Made by a program: the position numbers and the translations under genes
The notes under the pieces: generated by a model
What the model saw: only the letters and a program-made list of their open reading frames with translations
The model's database searches: none
Told to the model about the DNA's origin: nothing
Assembly: GCA_051294375.1 (NCBI GenBank)
Contig: CM119270.1
Location: 3,709,010-3,773,009 of the forward strand
DNA length: 64,000 nucleotides
Reading direction: 5' to 3'
DNA from: Paraspadella gotoi
Taxonomy: Eukaryota > Animalia > Chaetognatha
Shown: one piece after another, positions 23,274 through 37,430 of the stretch
Layout: each line of letters begins with the position of its first letter
How positions within the stretch are numbered: position 1 is the first letter of the stretch

Positions 23274-26200
23274 TAGACGATGGGCACCATAAACAAGATG
23301 ACAACAACAAAAGAAGTGGACTATGACGACAATAAACAAGTAGACGACGACGACGACGACGAAGTCAATTGTTATTCCGTCGGCAATTTCAAAGTTAGTG
23401 ACGCCGTTAGAGAACTTCATCTTTGTTTTGGAGCCAATAATTGAGTAGTCGGACCGTCGGTCTCTTCAAAAGAGAGGCGGTCAATATTGAGGAATGAGGA
23501 CCCGCCGTGGAAACTCCGTCTCAGTTAGGGCACTATTGGAGACTCGATCTCAGCTATGCGTTATGGAAACGCCATTTTAGATATGCATTTCGAAGACATA
23601 ATCTAAGATATGGCAATATGGAGATGCCATCGTTATGTAGAGAGCAAAATCATTATACCCGACACGCTGAATTTTGAACTCTCGACTCTTTCGACGCCTT
23701 TATCGTTTGGTCGAAAGTTAAATCTCCGCTAGAGGCCGTTAATGCCCGCATAGCCGCTGCCGATGCCGCTGCCGCCGCCACCGCCGCTGCCGCCGCACGA
23801 CGCACGACGCCGGCTCAACACCAGCAAGTCCCTCGTCCCATTTTTTATTATTTTTAACTCATTCAGGTTTTGTTTTGTTTTATTTTTTTTTTAATTCGAT
23901 CGTGGATTTTCAAACCCGGCCCTTACTCCTCCCCCTCGCCACCGTCCCCCCACTCCACCCCCCTCGCCACCCCCCCCCAAAAAAAAAACGGAATCAAAAG
24001 AGAAAAATAGGATTTTTTTTTCCATCGTTGATCGTTTTCGGTCTTCGTTGTCTCATTTTTGTTTTGTTGTTGTTGTTTTTCGTCAGTTTTGTCGTTGTCG
24101 TCGTTGTTGTGGGGTTTTTTTTTCGTAATAGTTTCGGTTGGAGTCTTTTGTTTAATGTTTATCCGTCGTTGTTTGTCGCCGCTAGATCGCAGTCACGTCG
24201 TCTTTAGTTAATGAACGTTTTGAGGACGATGTTGTCGTTTGTTGTCGTCGTCGTCGTCGTCTTTCTATAGGTACAACTATATATTAAAAGTACTTATTAT
24301 AAAACTACGGATGAATGCCATTTCAAACGCGTCAGACGAGAAAGAAATAGAATAACCCAACGAAATATATAAATATTATCTATTGTAAATTGATATTAAA
24401 AAAAGGACTAAGTCCTATTCACTACGTCTGTTTCTGATGAGCGGATTTTATTATTGAGAATTCTGATAGGAAATTGGAGTTTTGATTAAGATCTGATTTG
24501 ATTCTGATAATAACATTCTCGACCCCAAAGCAAAAAGGTAAGGACGGCCAAAGGCATCAGAAATTAAAGAAAGGCGTACGGAAATAAGTAATCATTATTT
24601 ATTATATTATATTATATTATATTATATTATATTATATTATTATATTAAATCACAAACCACGACAAATGTTTCGCAAAAGTTTATACGTGTCCAACATTTC
24701 GATGCGGAAAATAGTTATTGTTACATACGAAGGAACTACAAAATGAAACGGGAAATGAAGTTTGTTTACTTTTAAAGATTATATAACGAAGGAAAAAAAA
24801 TTAATAAAAAAACCAAAAAAAAAAAGATCGAACGTTTTAGGTATCGATTTGACGTCGCCGTTGGTTTTTTGTTTGTTTATTTTCTTCGAGGTCGTCGTTT
24901 TTGGTAAACAAAAAATAAAAATTCCGGGGAAACTTAGTTTAAAACTGGATATAAACTGACTCTTTGAGCAAATGAAAGAGACTCCACTTTAATCCGATCG
25001 TCTTTTGTTTACGGACGACCAATGTTTACACCGACATCTATTTCCGTGAAAACTATGGTTACATTCTCGATGGGGGTCACCATGGAAACGGAATCGGGGT
25101 TGTCGGTTTCGTTGTCGGCCGAAGGGATGGAAGAGAGAGAGAAAGAAAGAAAGAATGAAAGATAGGAAAACATAAAAACAGAAAGAAGAATGGAAAAACC
25201 TTTTGCCGATAAAGAAAATTAAAGAGGAATAAATGAATTTAAGGGAAGAATTAAAAAGAATTTCAATCGATTTTCAGCGCGAAAAAAAAAGAGAAAAAAA
25301 GAACAGAGAAGAAGTGAGATGAAAGGAAAATAAAAAGATATAAAGAAATTAAAGGACATAGAAAATAGACAGAAAACAGAGACAAAAACAGAAAAGAAAA
25401 ACTTGTGAAGAAAAAAGTAATAGAAAGAAAAGACAAGAGAGAGAAGGAAATAAAGGAAAGAGAGGAAAAAGGAAAGAAAAAAACAAAATAAGAAAAGAAA
25501 AAAAAAGCGAAAGTTTTTAAAGAAAATACGGAAAGAGAGAAAAAAAAAGAACGAATAAAGAAAGAGAAGTAAAAAGGCAAAGGGAAAGAAAGTTTAAAGG
25601 TAAAAAAAAAAGGAAAAGGGAGAGAAAAGAAAAGAAAGAATAAAGAAAAAGAAGAAAAAAGGGAAAGGAAAGAAAGTTTAAAAGCGATAATAAAAGTTAA
25701 TCAATCAAAATCCGTTGGACGTCGATTCTTTATAATTTATTCTCCGTTGAGGAGAAAAAACGAAGCAGAGGCCAGACGACGTACGGGGGACGAAGGTGAT
25801 ATTTTTGAAAAAATGAAAAATGAAAAATAGGAGAAAAAACTTGGAAAACGTCTTCTTCTCTCTCTTTCCTCTCCTCTTCTCTGCTCCTCTCTTCTCTCTC
25901 TCTGCTTCTCTCTCTACCCCTTCTTTTATTTCCCTCTTTATTCTTTCTACCCATCTCTCCTATTATTTTCTCTGCTCTCTCTCTCACTCTCTCTCTCTTC
26001 TCTCTCTCTCTCTCTCTTCTCTCTTCTCTCTCTCGCCTCTCGCTCTCGCTTTTGTATTTTACTTCACTGCTTCTATCTCTTCTCCTTATAAACTGCAGGA
26101 GGTATCTGTACGTTGTTTAAGACGAAATAAAACTTAATAGATGAAAACGATTTACCCGTAGATTCGATTATGAAAAGAGGTCGTTTATAATTTTTTTTTC

Positions 26201-27348
26201 TGAGCACGAAATCAGATAGAGAGAGAAGAGAAGAGGAGTGAGAGAGAGAGTAGGAGAGGAGACGAGAGAGAGAGAGAGAGAGAAGAGAAGTCGAGAGAGA
26301 TTGAGAGAGAGAGAGAGAGATGAGGAAGAGGATGATGAAGTAGAGCAAGAGACGAGAGAGAGAGCAGAGATAAGACGAGAGAAAGAGAGGAGAGAGATGA
26401 GAGGAGAGGAGAGAGACGACGAGAAGGTGAGAGAGAGAGAGAGAGAGATCTTGTTCTCGACGTAAAGATCCAATATCTTCGTTTTTTTCGGTCAGTTTAA
26501 AATAAAAACGTTTATCTCCGTGTTTAATCAATATTTTGTGCATCTTTTTTTGATTTGGCGACATTCGTGATTCTGTGATTTCGTGATTTTTTTCTTTTCG
26601 CATCCGTAAATTTCCCTCGCGCTCCTGGAACTGTCTCTCTCTCTCTGCTCTCTCTCTCTCTCTCTCTCTTCTCTCTTCTCTCCTCTTCTACTTGAGAACA
26701 CGGAGAGTTTTATTTCAAATATTTATTTCGTACAAATTGGTACCCGAACGATAAGGAATTCTTTTCGAGCGCTTTCATGCAAAACAAAAGATCCAGCAAA
26801 ATGCGGTCCAGGCATTCAAAAGTTCCATGAGCCCAAAAACGTCACCCAAAAATCAGTTCCTCGCGTTAATCAAGTCGCCCTATGTTAAGGTTTCGATTTT
26901 GGTTCCATAAGAGATTTGTACTACTCGAGCACGGTACGGAAGAATGCTCGATTCCGGCCCAAGCATTCTAGGCTTAGAAATTGAGCTTAGAAATCGAAAC
27001 TCGACCGAAACGGGGAAAAAAGCTCATTGAATATTTTTGGTAAAACAAATACTTCTTAAGAGAGAATAGGAATTTTTATTTTTAGAGATTTAAAACGACA
27101 AAATTCTGCGGATGGTTCTCAAGATTGTATTTACAGAAAAATATTGCAATAACGTAAACAATGAACTCAGTTTTAAATGAGAGAGAGAGAGTTAATCATA
27201 TTTTCATAATTTAATAACTTTGGCCAAAACGACAGGCTAGATGATGGCGAATTTTCTTCCACATTACAACTTTATTAAAAGCACGACAATGTCGTAAGCG
27301 CTTCGTAATGCCCGCCAGTTTTAATTTTTATGAACATTGATACAATAT

Positions 27349-27716
27349 ATGTTTAGAAAATCGTTTATCATTAATTCCTATGCCATGAGGCTTCTCGCGT
27401 TTCGATTCGTCGGCCGCTAGGTTAAAACTGGCTTTAACATGCGAGCACAGGCTTTCTAACAGTCTCGAATGACGAAATGTCGGAATAAATCCGTGAATAA
27501 GTTTATTTATTGGGCACCGGCGCTGATCCGCGCGCCAGTGCGTGCCCGGGTACCGTCCTTCTTAAAGGTAAATAAATGGCGAAAATTAATGATGTACTAT
27601 TAAATTTAAGTACGAAAATTCCTTTGATTTTCCATGTTAAGCCAGTTTAACCTACGGCCGACGACATCAAGATGCGCGACCCTGTGCATAAAAAATAATA
27701 AAACATTTTCTACATT
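27349..27716. mobile_element. Fold-back/MITE-like element with ~90-bp imperfect inverted arms
   Basis: 27349-27441 (..TCGTCGGCCGCTAGGTTAAAACTGGCTTTAACATG) matches the revcomp of 27633-27716 (CATGTTAAGCCAGTTTAACCTACGGCCGACGAC..). A similar arm motif lies at 36291-36345. Confidence 0.6.
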
Positions 27717-30700
27717 AAAAACTAAGGGTTCCTACCTTTTCCAGATAATCCATTATTGATCATTTTTCACTGTCTCAGAGAATTTTATGGAGCGGACTAA
27801 AAGTCCACCAAACCGTTCATTCAGCGGCCATTGGTGCGGAGGCAAGTCATTCGCGGACCTCCCAACCCAAAGGTCGGGTTCTAGCGCCGTGAGCGGCCTA
27901 GCAGTTTAGAGGGACGGGGCGGCTTAACCCGTTGTAACTCATGTGTTACAGCCTGATCAAAGCTTCAGGGACTGCTCATTTATTAAAATGGTTCTGTCAT
28001 TAACATTTATTCAATATTACTGTTTCTCATGTTCTATCATTTTCTATGTCATGAGGATTTTACATGAGATATTTTCTACAAATACAATAATCTCTCTCTC
28101 TGCGTAAAAAATACATTCAAAACATTTGAACTAATCCGCAGATTGAAACTACATACATAACTTTTTTTATCGACTAATAAATTGATAACATACTCTGGAA
28201 AATGACATTTAAGCTGATTTCCTCATTGATTGTTCACTACTCCTTACAAATATATTCGTTGTATTAGAGTAAAAGAATTGATTTTGTATTGAAGTTCTAT
28301 AAACAAAAATTGTTGCATTCTTCAACAATAAATATTATGATCCATCTTCAGATTAAATAAAAAAAGAGCAGCAAAAATTCAGTATGATTACATACTTCCT
28401 ATATCCCTTCAGCCGCGGTTTTCAATTTTAAAGTCAAGAAAAAAAAATTATTTTTATTATAAATTGACAAAGTAGGGAAATAATATCGTAAAAAAACAAT
28501 CTGTGCTTGGACGACTGCAAACACGAGATAACGTTGACCACACAGGACTGGCGATGATTCTGAAAGTATAAAAATGTAGAAACAAAATCAACTTATAAAA
28601 TATTACAGCCGATTTTTAAAATCTTTACCAGATTTTGAAAAAAGTAATCCTAAGAGTATTCTGGAGAATCGCTGATCGCAGTTGTTTGCTGCCCTCGTAC
28701 TAAGCAGTTTGTCTATGCTGTCGATTGATGAAAGATTCTTTTATTAAAAATTGGATTAATTTTTACTTTCGCCGACTGGAGTTTGAGGGGTTTAATGGGT
28801 TTGGTTAGGGGTTAAATGGATTTAGATTAGGGTAATTAGGTAATAATTATTTTTTTTTTAAATAAATATTTTAAATGTTTTTCAAAAGACACTAAAAAAT
28901 ACCCCATTTGGAAAAAGCTAAATTAACTCATATTTTCTTAACCGCAAGCCTCGGCTCACCAATAACTCTCTCTCCTCCGCCCGCTCGTAAGAAAAGGAAG
29001 GCAAATCCTTATCTCACAGAATTCACATTATCATCTGTTTAGCTCAATAATTATTTGAACTTACCTGATTAAGAAGAACGATAGTGTCAGCATAATGAAG
29101 AATGGCACGAGCGAGAGAGAGAGATGAATTGTAGAAGGAGTGTAGAGAGATAGTAGAAGACGCAGTAGGAGAAGTAATGTTAAGATACTCTCAAGTAGAG
29201 GGAATTAAGCACCATAGAGGCGATTCCAGGACGTAATTCGACGTCGAACGACTCGTCTGGACGTGTACTGCACAAACACAAACAAATAGTACTCTCATGA
29301 CCCACCAGACGACATCCTGTTACCACTCTCTCTCAAGAACAGATTAAATCATCCTCTACTCTCTATACTCTGTAACAATATACAAATTCCTGTATCTCGT
29401 ATATAATATCTAATGTGACCATACACCTGTATAACACAATCAACTCTACTGACTCACATTAAGACATAATACAACATTGTCTAATAATAAGCGATCTCTA
29501 CTTGACCACTTGCTCTCACGTCTACTAACAGATTGGAGAGGGAAGTCGCTCGTGACTCCAGACTAGGGTCGCAGTCTAAATATATACTCAGTAGTATATG
29601 GCCTCAATCGAAAATTTATACTATTTAAATATAACCTTGCATAAGAACATAAATAAATCTTTTTCTATATGGCCGCTCTATACCCTAATAATTAATTCTG
29701 TTATTATTTATTTACTTTTAATAGATATGGAAAGCCAAAATTTTTTTAAAAGCAATTTAAGACCAGATCATTCAAGATAAGATATTCACGTAAGGTCAGG
29801 AGTTGCATCCGTTACACATAAATCGCAACTATCCTCTCTCCAATTCAGTTTTTAACTGTCTGCGTCGAATACAAGAACACTCAAGATATCTCATCTCGTC
29901 ACCTACTATTACTCGTCTTTCTTGGTCATTGTGAGCTCGCTCACTCTCTCTCTCCGCTCGTACTCTATATATTTTCTCTGTCTCTCGAACATTGATTTGC
30001 TCGGCTACAGTTCGAGAATCCCATCGAGGAAGAACTGGTTGTAAACAACTATTATATCTCTGCTTGTTTCTTTAAGTAACAATAGTAAGGATAATATTAT
30101 ATATATAAATGTAGTGACGTGAATACCTCAGAAGAATAAATTATTGAGATAAACTGAAAGAATTTCGTGCATGTGTCAATAGTATAAATAGTGATCATGA
30201 TAGATCTCATGCAGACTAATATGCTGACATACAGTGTATAACTTATACTTGCGCATTGGGCTCTTATGAGCTTAGTCCATCAGTCTCAGCTCACACTCGA
30301 TATTGTTACGACTATAGGTGTGTAAGTAATCTCGCGATTCATTCCAGATCAGTGCGATCAGGTGTTAATAGATACTCAATGAAGCTCAATAGTATTAAAG
30401 AATATTTATACAGAAAAGGATATTTTATTACTGTGAGTGTGCGTTCTCACATATAAATACTCACTTACAGCTGATTTCATATTATGGTAGTACATTACGA
30501 GCTTATATATCATAGACAAATCTGTCTTTTCTATACATGAGAATTGTCTCTTCGCTCTTATTCTGTGTCACTCTCCTTATTAAAAAATATCAATTACTAG
30601 GGGTTATAGATGACATTTAAAACTATACTCTTAAATGTATAAATTATTTGTATTGAGGCATGTACTCACTCTAAATTTTTGACTCACCTCATTGAGTGGG

Positions 30701-32249
30701 GATACCCATACGTACAGTGGCTAAGCTTCATCTCAAATCTAAAAATCTCTGATTTTAGTTCAAATTTTAGGCGGTTTATTGCAGCATGGCATTAAGCGAG
30801 CCAAAATTGAACCACTTTTTTAAACTTTTAGTTTCTTCAAAATTTTTTTTTCTCTTCTATTATCTAAATGATTTCAATGCAACTTTTTGAATTAGTTCAT
30901 TGGGTTTTTGCATGACTTTAATATTTATTATTATATAACATATAACAAAATTTTTAAAAAAAATTTTATTTTTTAATAAACGGATTCCATAGAGCTTTGA
31001 CAAAGTTATAATGAGGTTCAGTACTAACAATTTTTTTTTACAATTTTGACCAAAAAATTGGTTAAAAATAGAAAAACCTTAAAAGAATAATTCTTCATCA
31101 TCATTGGCTGAATTTCTAGTTTTTTTAATTTTTCAATAAAACAAAAGATTTTTTTAAAAATTTGTATAATAACCTTTATTCTAACTTTTAAAGCTCTTAT
31201 CAGAATCTATAAAAAAAATTAAAAAAAATTTTAAACTTTATTGTAATAAATAATATTTAAATGCTTCCGTGCACTAATTAATAGATAAATTAAAAAATTA
31301 TTTTCATTTTTTCATATCCCCTCTAAACAGTCCACTTAACCCATTATTTATTTGAAAGAAACCTTTTAGTTTCTGAACCCCTGGCGGTTAAACTACAGCG
31401 GATTCCCAAGCTGATGGACCCTCCTATGAGCCCGTATAAAAGCCCAACCAGAGGGGATGGATAACCAACCTGCTACTTTCTGTAAACTTATGTTTGATGG
31501 AATAAATTTGGTTACACAATGAAGTAAAATAAAGGGATCCACCATCCAAAAATTATGAATATAAGTGAGTTGCGAGAATTAGATAAACCTCCTAAATAAA
31601 ATTTTTGCCTAAAACCTAATACTATATATTTTTTTAATTTGGAATCTGGTCAGGTTTATGTAACTGCACTGAAACAGTGAGTTTTATGTTACATTAACGT
31701 ACCACTTGTATGTGAAGTGTAGTAGTCGCGCACTTAATTCAAGTGAGTCTATTAACGGACGTTCTCTATTAATGCATAATTGACTGGGCCTGACCGGTTA
31801 ATCCTTCAAGAACCTGGTGATTCGTGCCGTTCATAAATTTAATGTGTGTTCGTTATCCCGTTAAAACTTATTAAATTAACTGATTGATGACCCGATTTCG
31901 CCGGTGGGTATTTTACCTTTTAATTATCAGTAATTGATGTTTAAAATGGAGCAGGAGTTTAAAAGAGTGTGAATAGACAGTGAGAAGGACAGGAGCCTTT
32001 AGGTAGAGAGAGGAGCAGATGGGGACTTCCGGGATAGAGGAAAACCGACGGTAGGATAGGTAAGACACAGCATTCGGAAACAAAAGGAGGAAGGCGCGGC
32101 TTATTAGATCGCCGTCTGGCTGTCAAACATATCTGGCTTCTAGAATATACAACATGGGGTCAAGTTTCGGATTAAACAGAGGCACTATATGACTGTGGGT
32201 TAAAGGTAAGCTCTACACACNNNNNNNNNNNNNNNNNNNNNNNNNGTTT

Positions 32250-32405
32250 CTTAATCCCTGAACTAAAATTAACCCTAATTTTTGACCCAATCCCTAATAA
32301 CTATTAACTAACCTTATTCCCTAACCCTAACCCTTAATCCTAAACCTAAATCCCGAGCCTAAATCTCTAACCCTAATCCTTAACTTAATCCTAAACCTAT
32401 AACCT
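32250..32405. repeat. Degenerate (CCCTAA)n telomere-like repeats, probably inside a MITE
   Basis: CCCTAACCCTAACCC and variants; a degenerate TIR-like GAAATAGGGCGTCG..AAAA lies at about 32482. Confidence 0.6.
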
Positions 32406-34271
32406 CTTCGTTAAATCAAAGAAATAACGTTAATAAATATAAACATATATATATATAAATATATAAATATAAATTTAAGATGAAATAGGGCGTCGAGAGA
32501 AAACAAATAGCTTAACTAAAAAAGATAAAATATTTTGATTTAAAAATCTCTATTCACTTGTTATGAATCTGAGTAATTCACAAGAGATATTACGCGTGCC
32601 AAATTGGATAGAAAATAAGCAGGCTTTCTAAACGGCGTAATACTTTGATGCACCGCGGATTTGACCCCAGGTTTTTTTAGTTTGAGACCAAAACTAATAT
32701 TTCTGGTTTCCCATTTTCACTGATTTCTGGTCAACTCATCCATCACATTTTTCTTCACAACTCCAGTTTTCTTGTCACCCAAAACCAAACCATTCTCACA
32801 GGTTAACCTTTTAACTTTTTTTAATTCTCACGGAGTACATCGCGTCAGAACGAATCTAACGGAACAAATTCGCTATTGACACTCCTAACCTTTTTCACTT
32901 CGCCACTCCGAATTTATCTCTNNNNNNNNNNNNNNNNNNNNNNNNNNNNNNNNNNNNNNNNNNNNNNNNNNNNNNNNNNNNNNNNNNNNNNNNNNNNNNN
33001 NNNNNNNNNNNNNNNNNNNNNNNNNNNNNNNNNNNNNNNNNNNNNNNNNNNNNNNNNNNNNNNNNNNNNNNNNNNNNNNNNNNNNNNNNNNNNNNNNNNN
33101 NNNNNNNNNNNNNNNNNNNNNNNNNNNNNNNNNNNNNNNNNNNNNNNNNNNNNNNNNNNNNNNNNNNNNNNNNNNNNNNNNNNNNNNNNNNNNNNNNNNN
33201 NNNNNNNNNNNNNNNNNNNNNNNNNNNNNNNNNNNNNNNNNNNNNNNNNNNNNNNNNNNNNNNNNNNNNNNNNNNNNNNNNNNNNNNNNNNNNNNNNNNN
33301 NNNNNNNNNNNNNNNNNNNNNNNNNNNNNNNNNNNNNNNNNNNNNNNNNNNNNNNNNNNNNNNNNNNNNNNNNNNNNNNNNNNNNNNNNNNNNNNNNNNN
33401 NNNNNNNNNNNNNNNNNNNNNNNNNNNNNNNNNNNNNNNNNNNNNNNNNNNNNNNNNNNNNNNNNNNNNNNNNNNNNNNNNNNNNNNNNNNNNNNNNNNN
33501 NNNNNNNNNNNNNNNNNNNNNNNNNNNNNNNNNNNNNNNNNNNNNNNNNNNNNNNNNNNNNNNNNNNNNNNNNNNNNNNNNNNNNNNNNNNNNNNNNNNN
33601 NNNNNNNNNNNNNNNNNNNNNNNNNNNNNNNNNNNNNNNNNNNNNNNNNNNNNNNNNNNNNNNNNNNNNNNNNNNNNNNNNNNNNNNNNNNNNNNNNNNN
33701 NNNNNNNNNNNNNNNTTCTACTAATTTGTCGAGCCTTTTTTTTGTTCTTATTGGTTCTTTTTATTATGTCTTGTATTTCAACCCCTTTATTTTATCTCTC
33801 TCTTTTGTTCCANNNNNNNNNNNNNNNNNNNNNNNNNNNNNNNNNNNNNNNNNNNNNNNNNNNNNNNNNNNNNNNNNNNNNNNNNNNNNNNNNNNNNNNN
33901 NNNNNNNNNNNNNNNNNNNNNNNNNNNNNNNNNNNNNNNNNNNNNNNNNNNNNNNNNNNNNNNNNNNNNNNNNNNNNNNNNNNNNNNNNNNNNNNNNNNN
34001 NNNNNNNNNNNNNNNNNNNNNNNNNNNNNNNNNNNNNNNNNNNNNNNNNNNNNNNNNNNNNNNNNNNNNAGAGAGAGAGAGAGAGAGAGAGAGAGAGACG
34101 AAATGAACAATAATTTCTTTGTCGCATTCTTTATTTATTTTTCTGGGAAGAAGAAACTGAATTTTTTTTTGGCCAAAATTTTTTTTCATAAAAAAGTTTA
34201 TCAAAAATATAGAAGAAGCCGTTGAGACAGGAGTGGGAAGCAAAAGAGAGAGAATTGAGAGAGAGAAGAAT

Positions 34272-34323
<52 letters not shown>

Positions 34324-34417
34324 GAGAGAGAGGAGATAGAGAGACAGAAAGGAAATCTATTAATCTTCATCGTTCTCGTCTTTGTCATCATCATATTCTT
34401 GATCTTCATCGTCGTCG

Positions 34418-34449
<32 letters not shown>

Positions 34450-35355
34450 TTTTTCCCCTTCACAGCTTCTCCAAAGAATCCCTTGCTGTGAAATTCGCAG
34501 AGTCGTTTTCATTTGAAAATCGAAAGAAAAAGAAAAGATTTTTTTAAAAAATGGACAAAAGAGGAAATAAAAGGGAATCGCGATTTCATTTTGTTGGGAT
34601 GAGACGTCAAAACATTTACCCTCCTCCTCCTCCTCCTCCTCTTCCTCCTACCCCTCCTCCTCATCCTCCAAAAAAAAAAAGGAAATAAAATCGTCAACAG
34701 TCCAAAATACAAATACTTATTTCTATCATTATATTTACATACATTTTCCACGAATTTGAAATTTGGTGAGAGGAAAAGTCATTATTCTCGGCCCGTTACT
34801 AAAAATGTTACTAGTTAAGTGGAAAGGCAGACGATCACCTTATCATTCCATCACCTCAATCACCCGATCGCTTAATCACCAGATCTCACAATCACCTTAT
34901 CACCCTTGGGCATCCATTCATTCACTCGCCTCTCAAGGAGTCCAACCATCACTTCGGATATTCCCTTCCTTATTCATTCCGATTTTTCAAAGGGCGACTT
35001 TCATGTCGGAAACTGAGATTTCCTCGTCGTCGTCGTCGTCTTTATCGTCGTCGTTTTTATCGTCCTCGTCGTCGTCACGGTCGTCGTCATGGTGATATTT
35101 TTCGTTAATTTCGTTGGCGTCATTGTCGTCGTCGTCGTCATCCCCGTTTTGGAGGACATTGTCGTCGTCGTTACTGTCGTCGACATCTTCGTCTTCGTCA
35201 TTGTCATTGTCGTCATCGTCATCGGCGTCTTTGTGGACATTGTCGTCGTTAATGTCATCGTCGTCGTCGACGACGTCATTTTCATTGTCTTTGTGATCAA
35301 CAATATCGTTGTCGTTGTAGACGTTGTCATCTTTGTCTTAGTCGTCGTTATTTTA

Positions 35356-35387
<32 letters not shown>

Positions 35388-35825
35388 GTCCTTTATTCCC
35401 AAATACGAGAAAAGGAGGTAGTTTGTCGGAAAGAGTTTCAGCCATCGGGTCAGGTGGTTTATTTGGTGGAAGGTGGAGGGTGGGTGGTGGAGAATGGGGA
35501 TAAGGGAGAGTCTGTGATTGTGTGAGTCGTTGGTGAAGTGTGGCGAGATGGTGAGTGAGAACCGAACTCGAAGTTTCACGAGACGGATTTAGTGAAGTGG
35601 AAAAAGAGAAAGGAGAGAGAGAAAGGGGAAAAAAAGAGAGAGAGTTGTTTATTCTTGGTGAAGGTGAAGAAAGAGAGAGATGGAGACAGAGTGAGGGTTA
35701 GAGGGAGGGTAAGTGAGAGAGAAGCGAACATTGTTAATAACGCGTGGATTTAATACGCTGGGACGTTGTCAGTAAGTATGTATTACACTAGAACATCATT
35801 TTCCACAACTGGGCGATTCGGATAA

Positions 35826-36381
35826 CGGGCCTTCTTTTCCGAAAACGACCCGTTTCAGCTTAAAGTTAAAATCAAATTAGTTTTAAATTTTATTTTTGTT
35901 TTGGTATAAGATTTAAGTTTAAGATTTAAGATTAAGATTATTGATAAGGGATTAGGATTAGGAATTAGGTTAGGATAAGGTTATAAAGTTGATTCGGTAT
36001 TTTAAAAAATATTTGGTTGTTTAAAATAGTTAAAATAAATTTAGAGATTAAGAACTGTAAAAGATTTTTTGACCATACGTCAGGTCAATACTTCCCGGTC
36101 ACTTTAGTTGACCTTTTCCTGACCAGTCTTTCTACTGTTCTAATCAATTTTTTAAAACTTTAAAAAAAAAAAAATATTCGGCTTTATTGCACATTAATTT
36201 CGCTATTTGTTTACTACTAATAAACTTATTTATTATTTATTGGTCATTTATTCGACATTCACATCATTTGAGATTTATAAATCCTCACTTCATGTTAAAG
36301 CCTTTTCATACTTCGGCCGACGTACATCAACCGCGCGACCCGCTACAAACAGAAATGGTGCGCTTTCCGAAAAGAGTGCCG
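35826..36381. mobile_element. CGG...CCG MITE, copy 2
   Basis: Left CGGGCCTTCTTTTCCGAAAACGACCCGTTTC; right GAAATGGTGCGCTTTCCGAAAAGAGTGCCG; internal ATTAGG/TTAGG repeats. Confidence 0.65.
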
Positions 36382-37136
36382 GGGAAATGCGCAGTAAAAT
36401 GAAACGACTTAGACTCGTCAGAATCTATGGGCCTTCGAGGGTAAGGATCAAAGGAACGAGGGTGGAACCCGACGGGGCGAACCAGACCCGAATGAGTGAG
36501 GTTAATATGCCTGGGAGAATGGAACCGAAGGTGCCAGAGACCGGAAAGGGGGCGTGGCGAAATGGGGGGGGAGGATGCCGAGGAGATTATCCGCGTTTGG
36601 CACTGGAAGGACGAGCAAAAGGGGGATGGAGAGCGAGTGGCTAACGTAAAAGGGTCTTTAGAGCCGCTTGAATGAAATTGTGTGGGATAAAAGGACGAGG
36701 GATTATACTAAAGGGCATATCGGAAATTGAAAGATTGGGAAAATATATACATCATACAAAGACTTATGATGATATATTGCACTGGTCTATGGTTTGTGTT
36801 TTTGAAGGAAGTAAAGGTGTTGAATGAGTCCTTAGTGCTAAGGGCAAGGATAACATCTAATAGCAAAGAACAGAGGGAAGAGAGAACATCAATTGTTAAG
36901 GGGAGTTGGATTTTAAGAGCAAAGAGGGTCGGAGAGAAAGAGAGAGAGCAAAGGGACTTATGAGCAAGCCCGGGTGGCGGGGATGTGGTCGTGGCCGATG
37001 GTTGAAGGGGCGTAGCGAGGAGGAAGGCGTAAGGGGGGGCCTTGGGCCGCAGGGGTGACGGTGAACGACGCCATAACGAAGCCTTTTGGAGAAACATAAC
37101 TTCCCTTTACGACTTCATCGTTAAGCTGGAACACGA

Positions 37137-37213
37137 CCACAGCGGCGGGACGGGGTGAACCACAGCGGCGGGACGAGGTGAACCACAGCGGCGGGACGGG
37201 GTGAACCACAGCG
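37137..37213 (+). repeat. 24-bp tandem repeat CCACAGCGGCGGGACG(G/A)GGTGAA
   Basis: Three copies. Confidence 0.85.
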
Positions 37214-37430
37214 ATCGGCGGAGTTAATCACCACAGAGGTTAACCAATTACCACTTTTACATGTATGTATAGCATTTCCTAGCTAATGCGAGGCGACGGC
37301 CAAATGTCTCACGAAAGTCTTGTTTTTATTTAGCAAGGGTTTGAGATTCAGAAACCAAGATTAATTTTAAAAAGGACGACCTACGTTTCTATTTTATTTA
37401 TTATGATTATTATTTCCAATACTTAACTAG

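Noticed and set aside
26153-26172. TACCCGTAGATTCGA, resembling miR-100/miR-10
   Set aside because: Only a ~10-nt exact match and no complementary 3' arm downstream to form a precursor.
28500-28710. Mariner-like MITE (CCCTCGTA end)
   Set aside because: The left terminus is too degenerate and lies in error-rich sequence; no matching TA-flanked TIR.
32250-32405. True telomere
   Set aside because: Short, degenerate, internal, and associated with MITE-like sequence.
36390-37130. Coding fragment or LINE ORF1/ORF2 junction on the minus strand
   Set aside because: Composition is suggestive, but no diagnostic motif was recognised.
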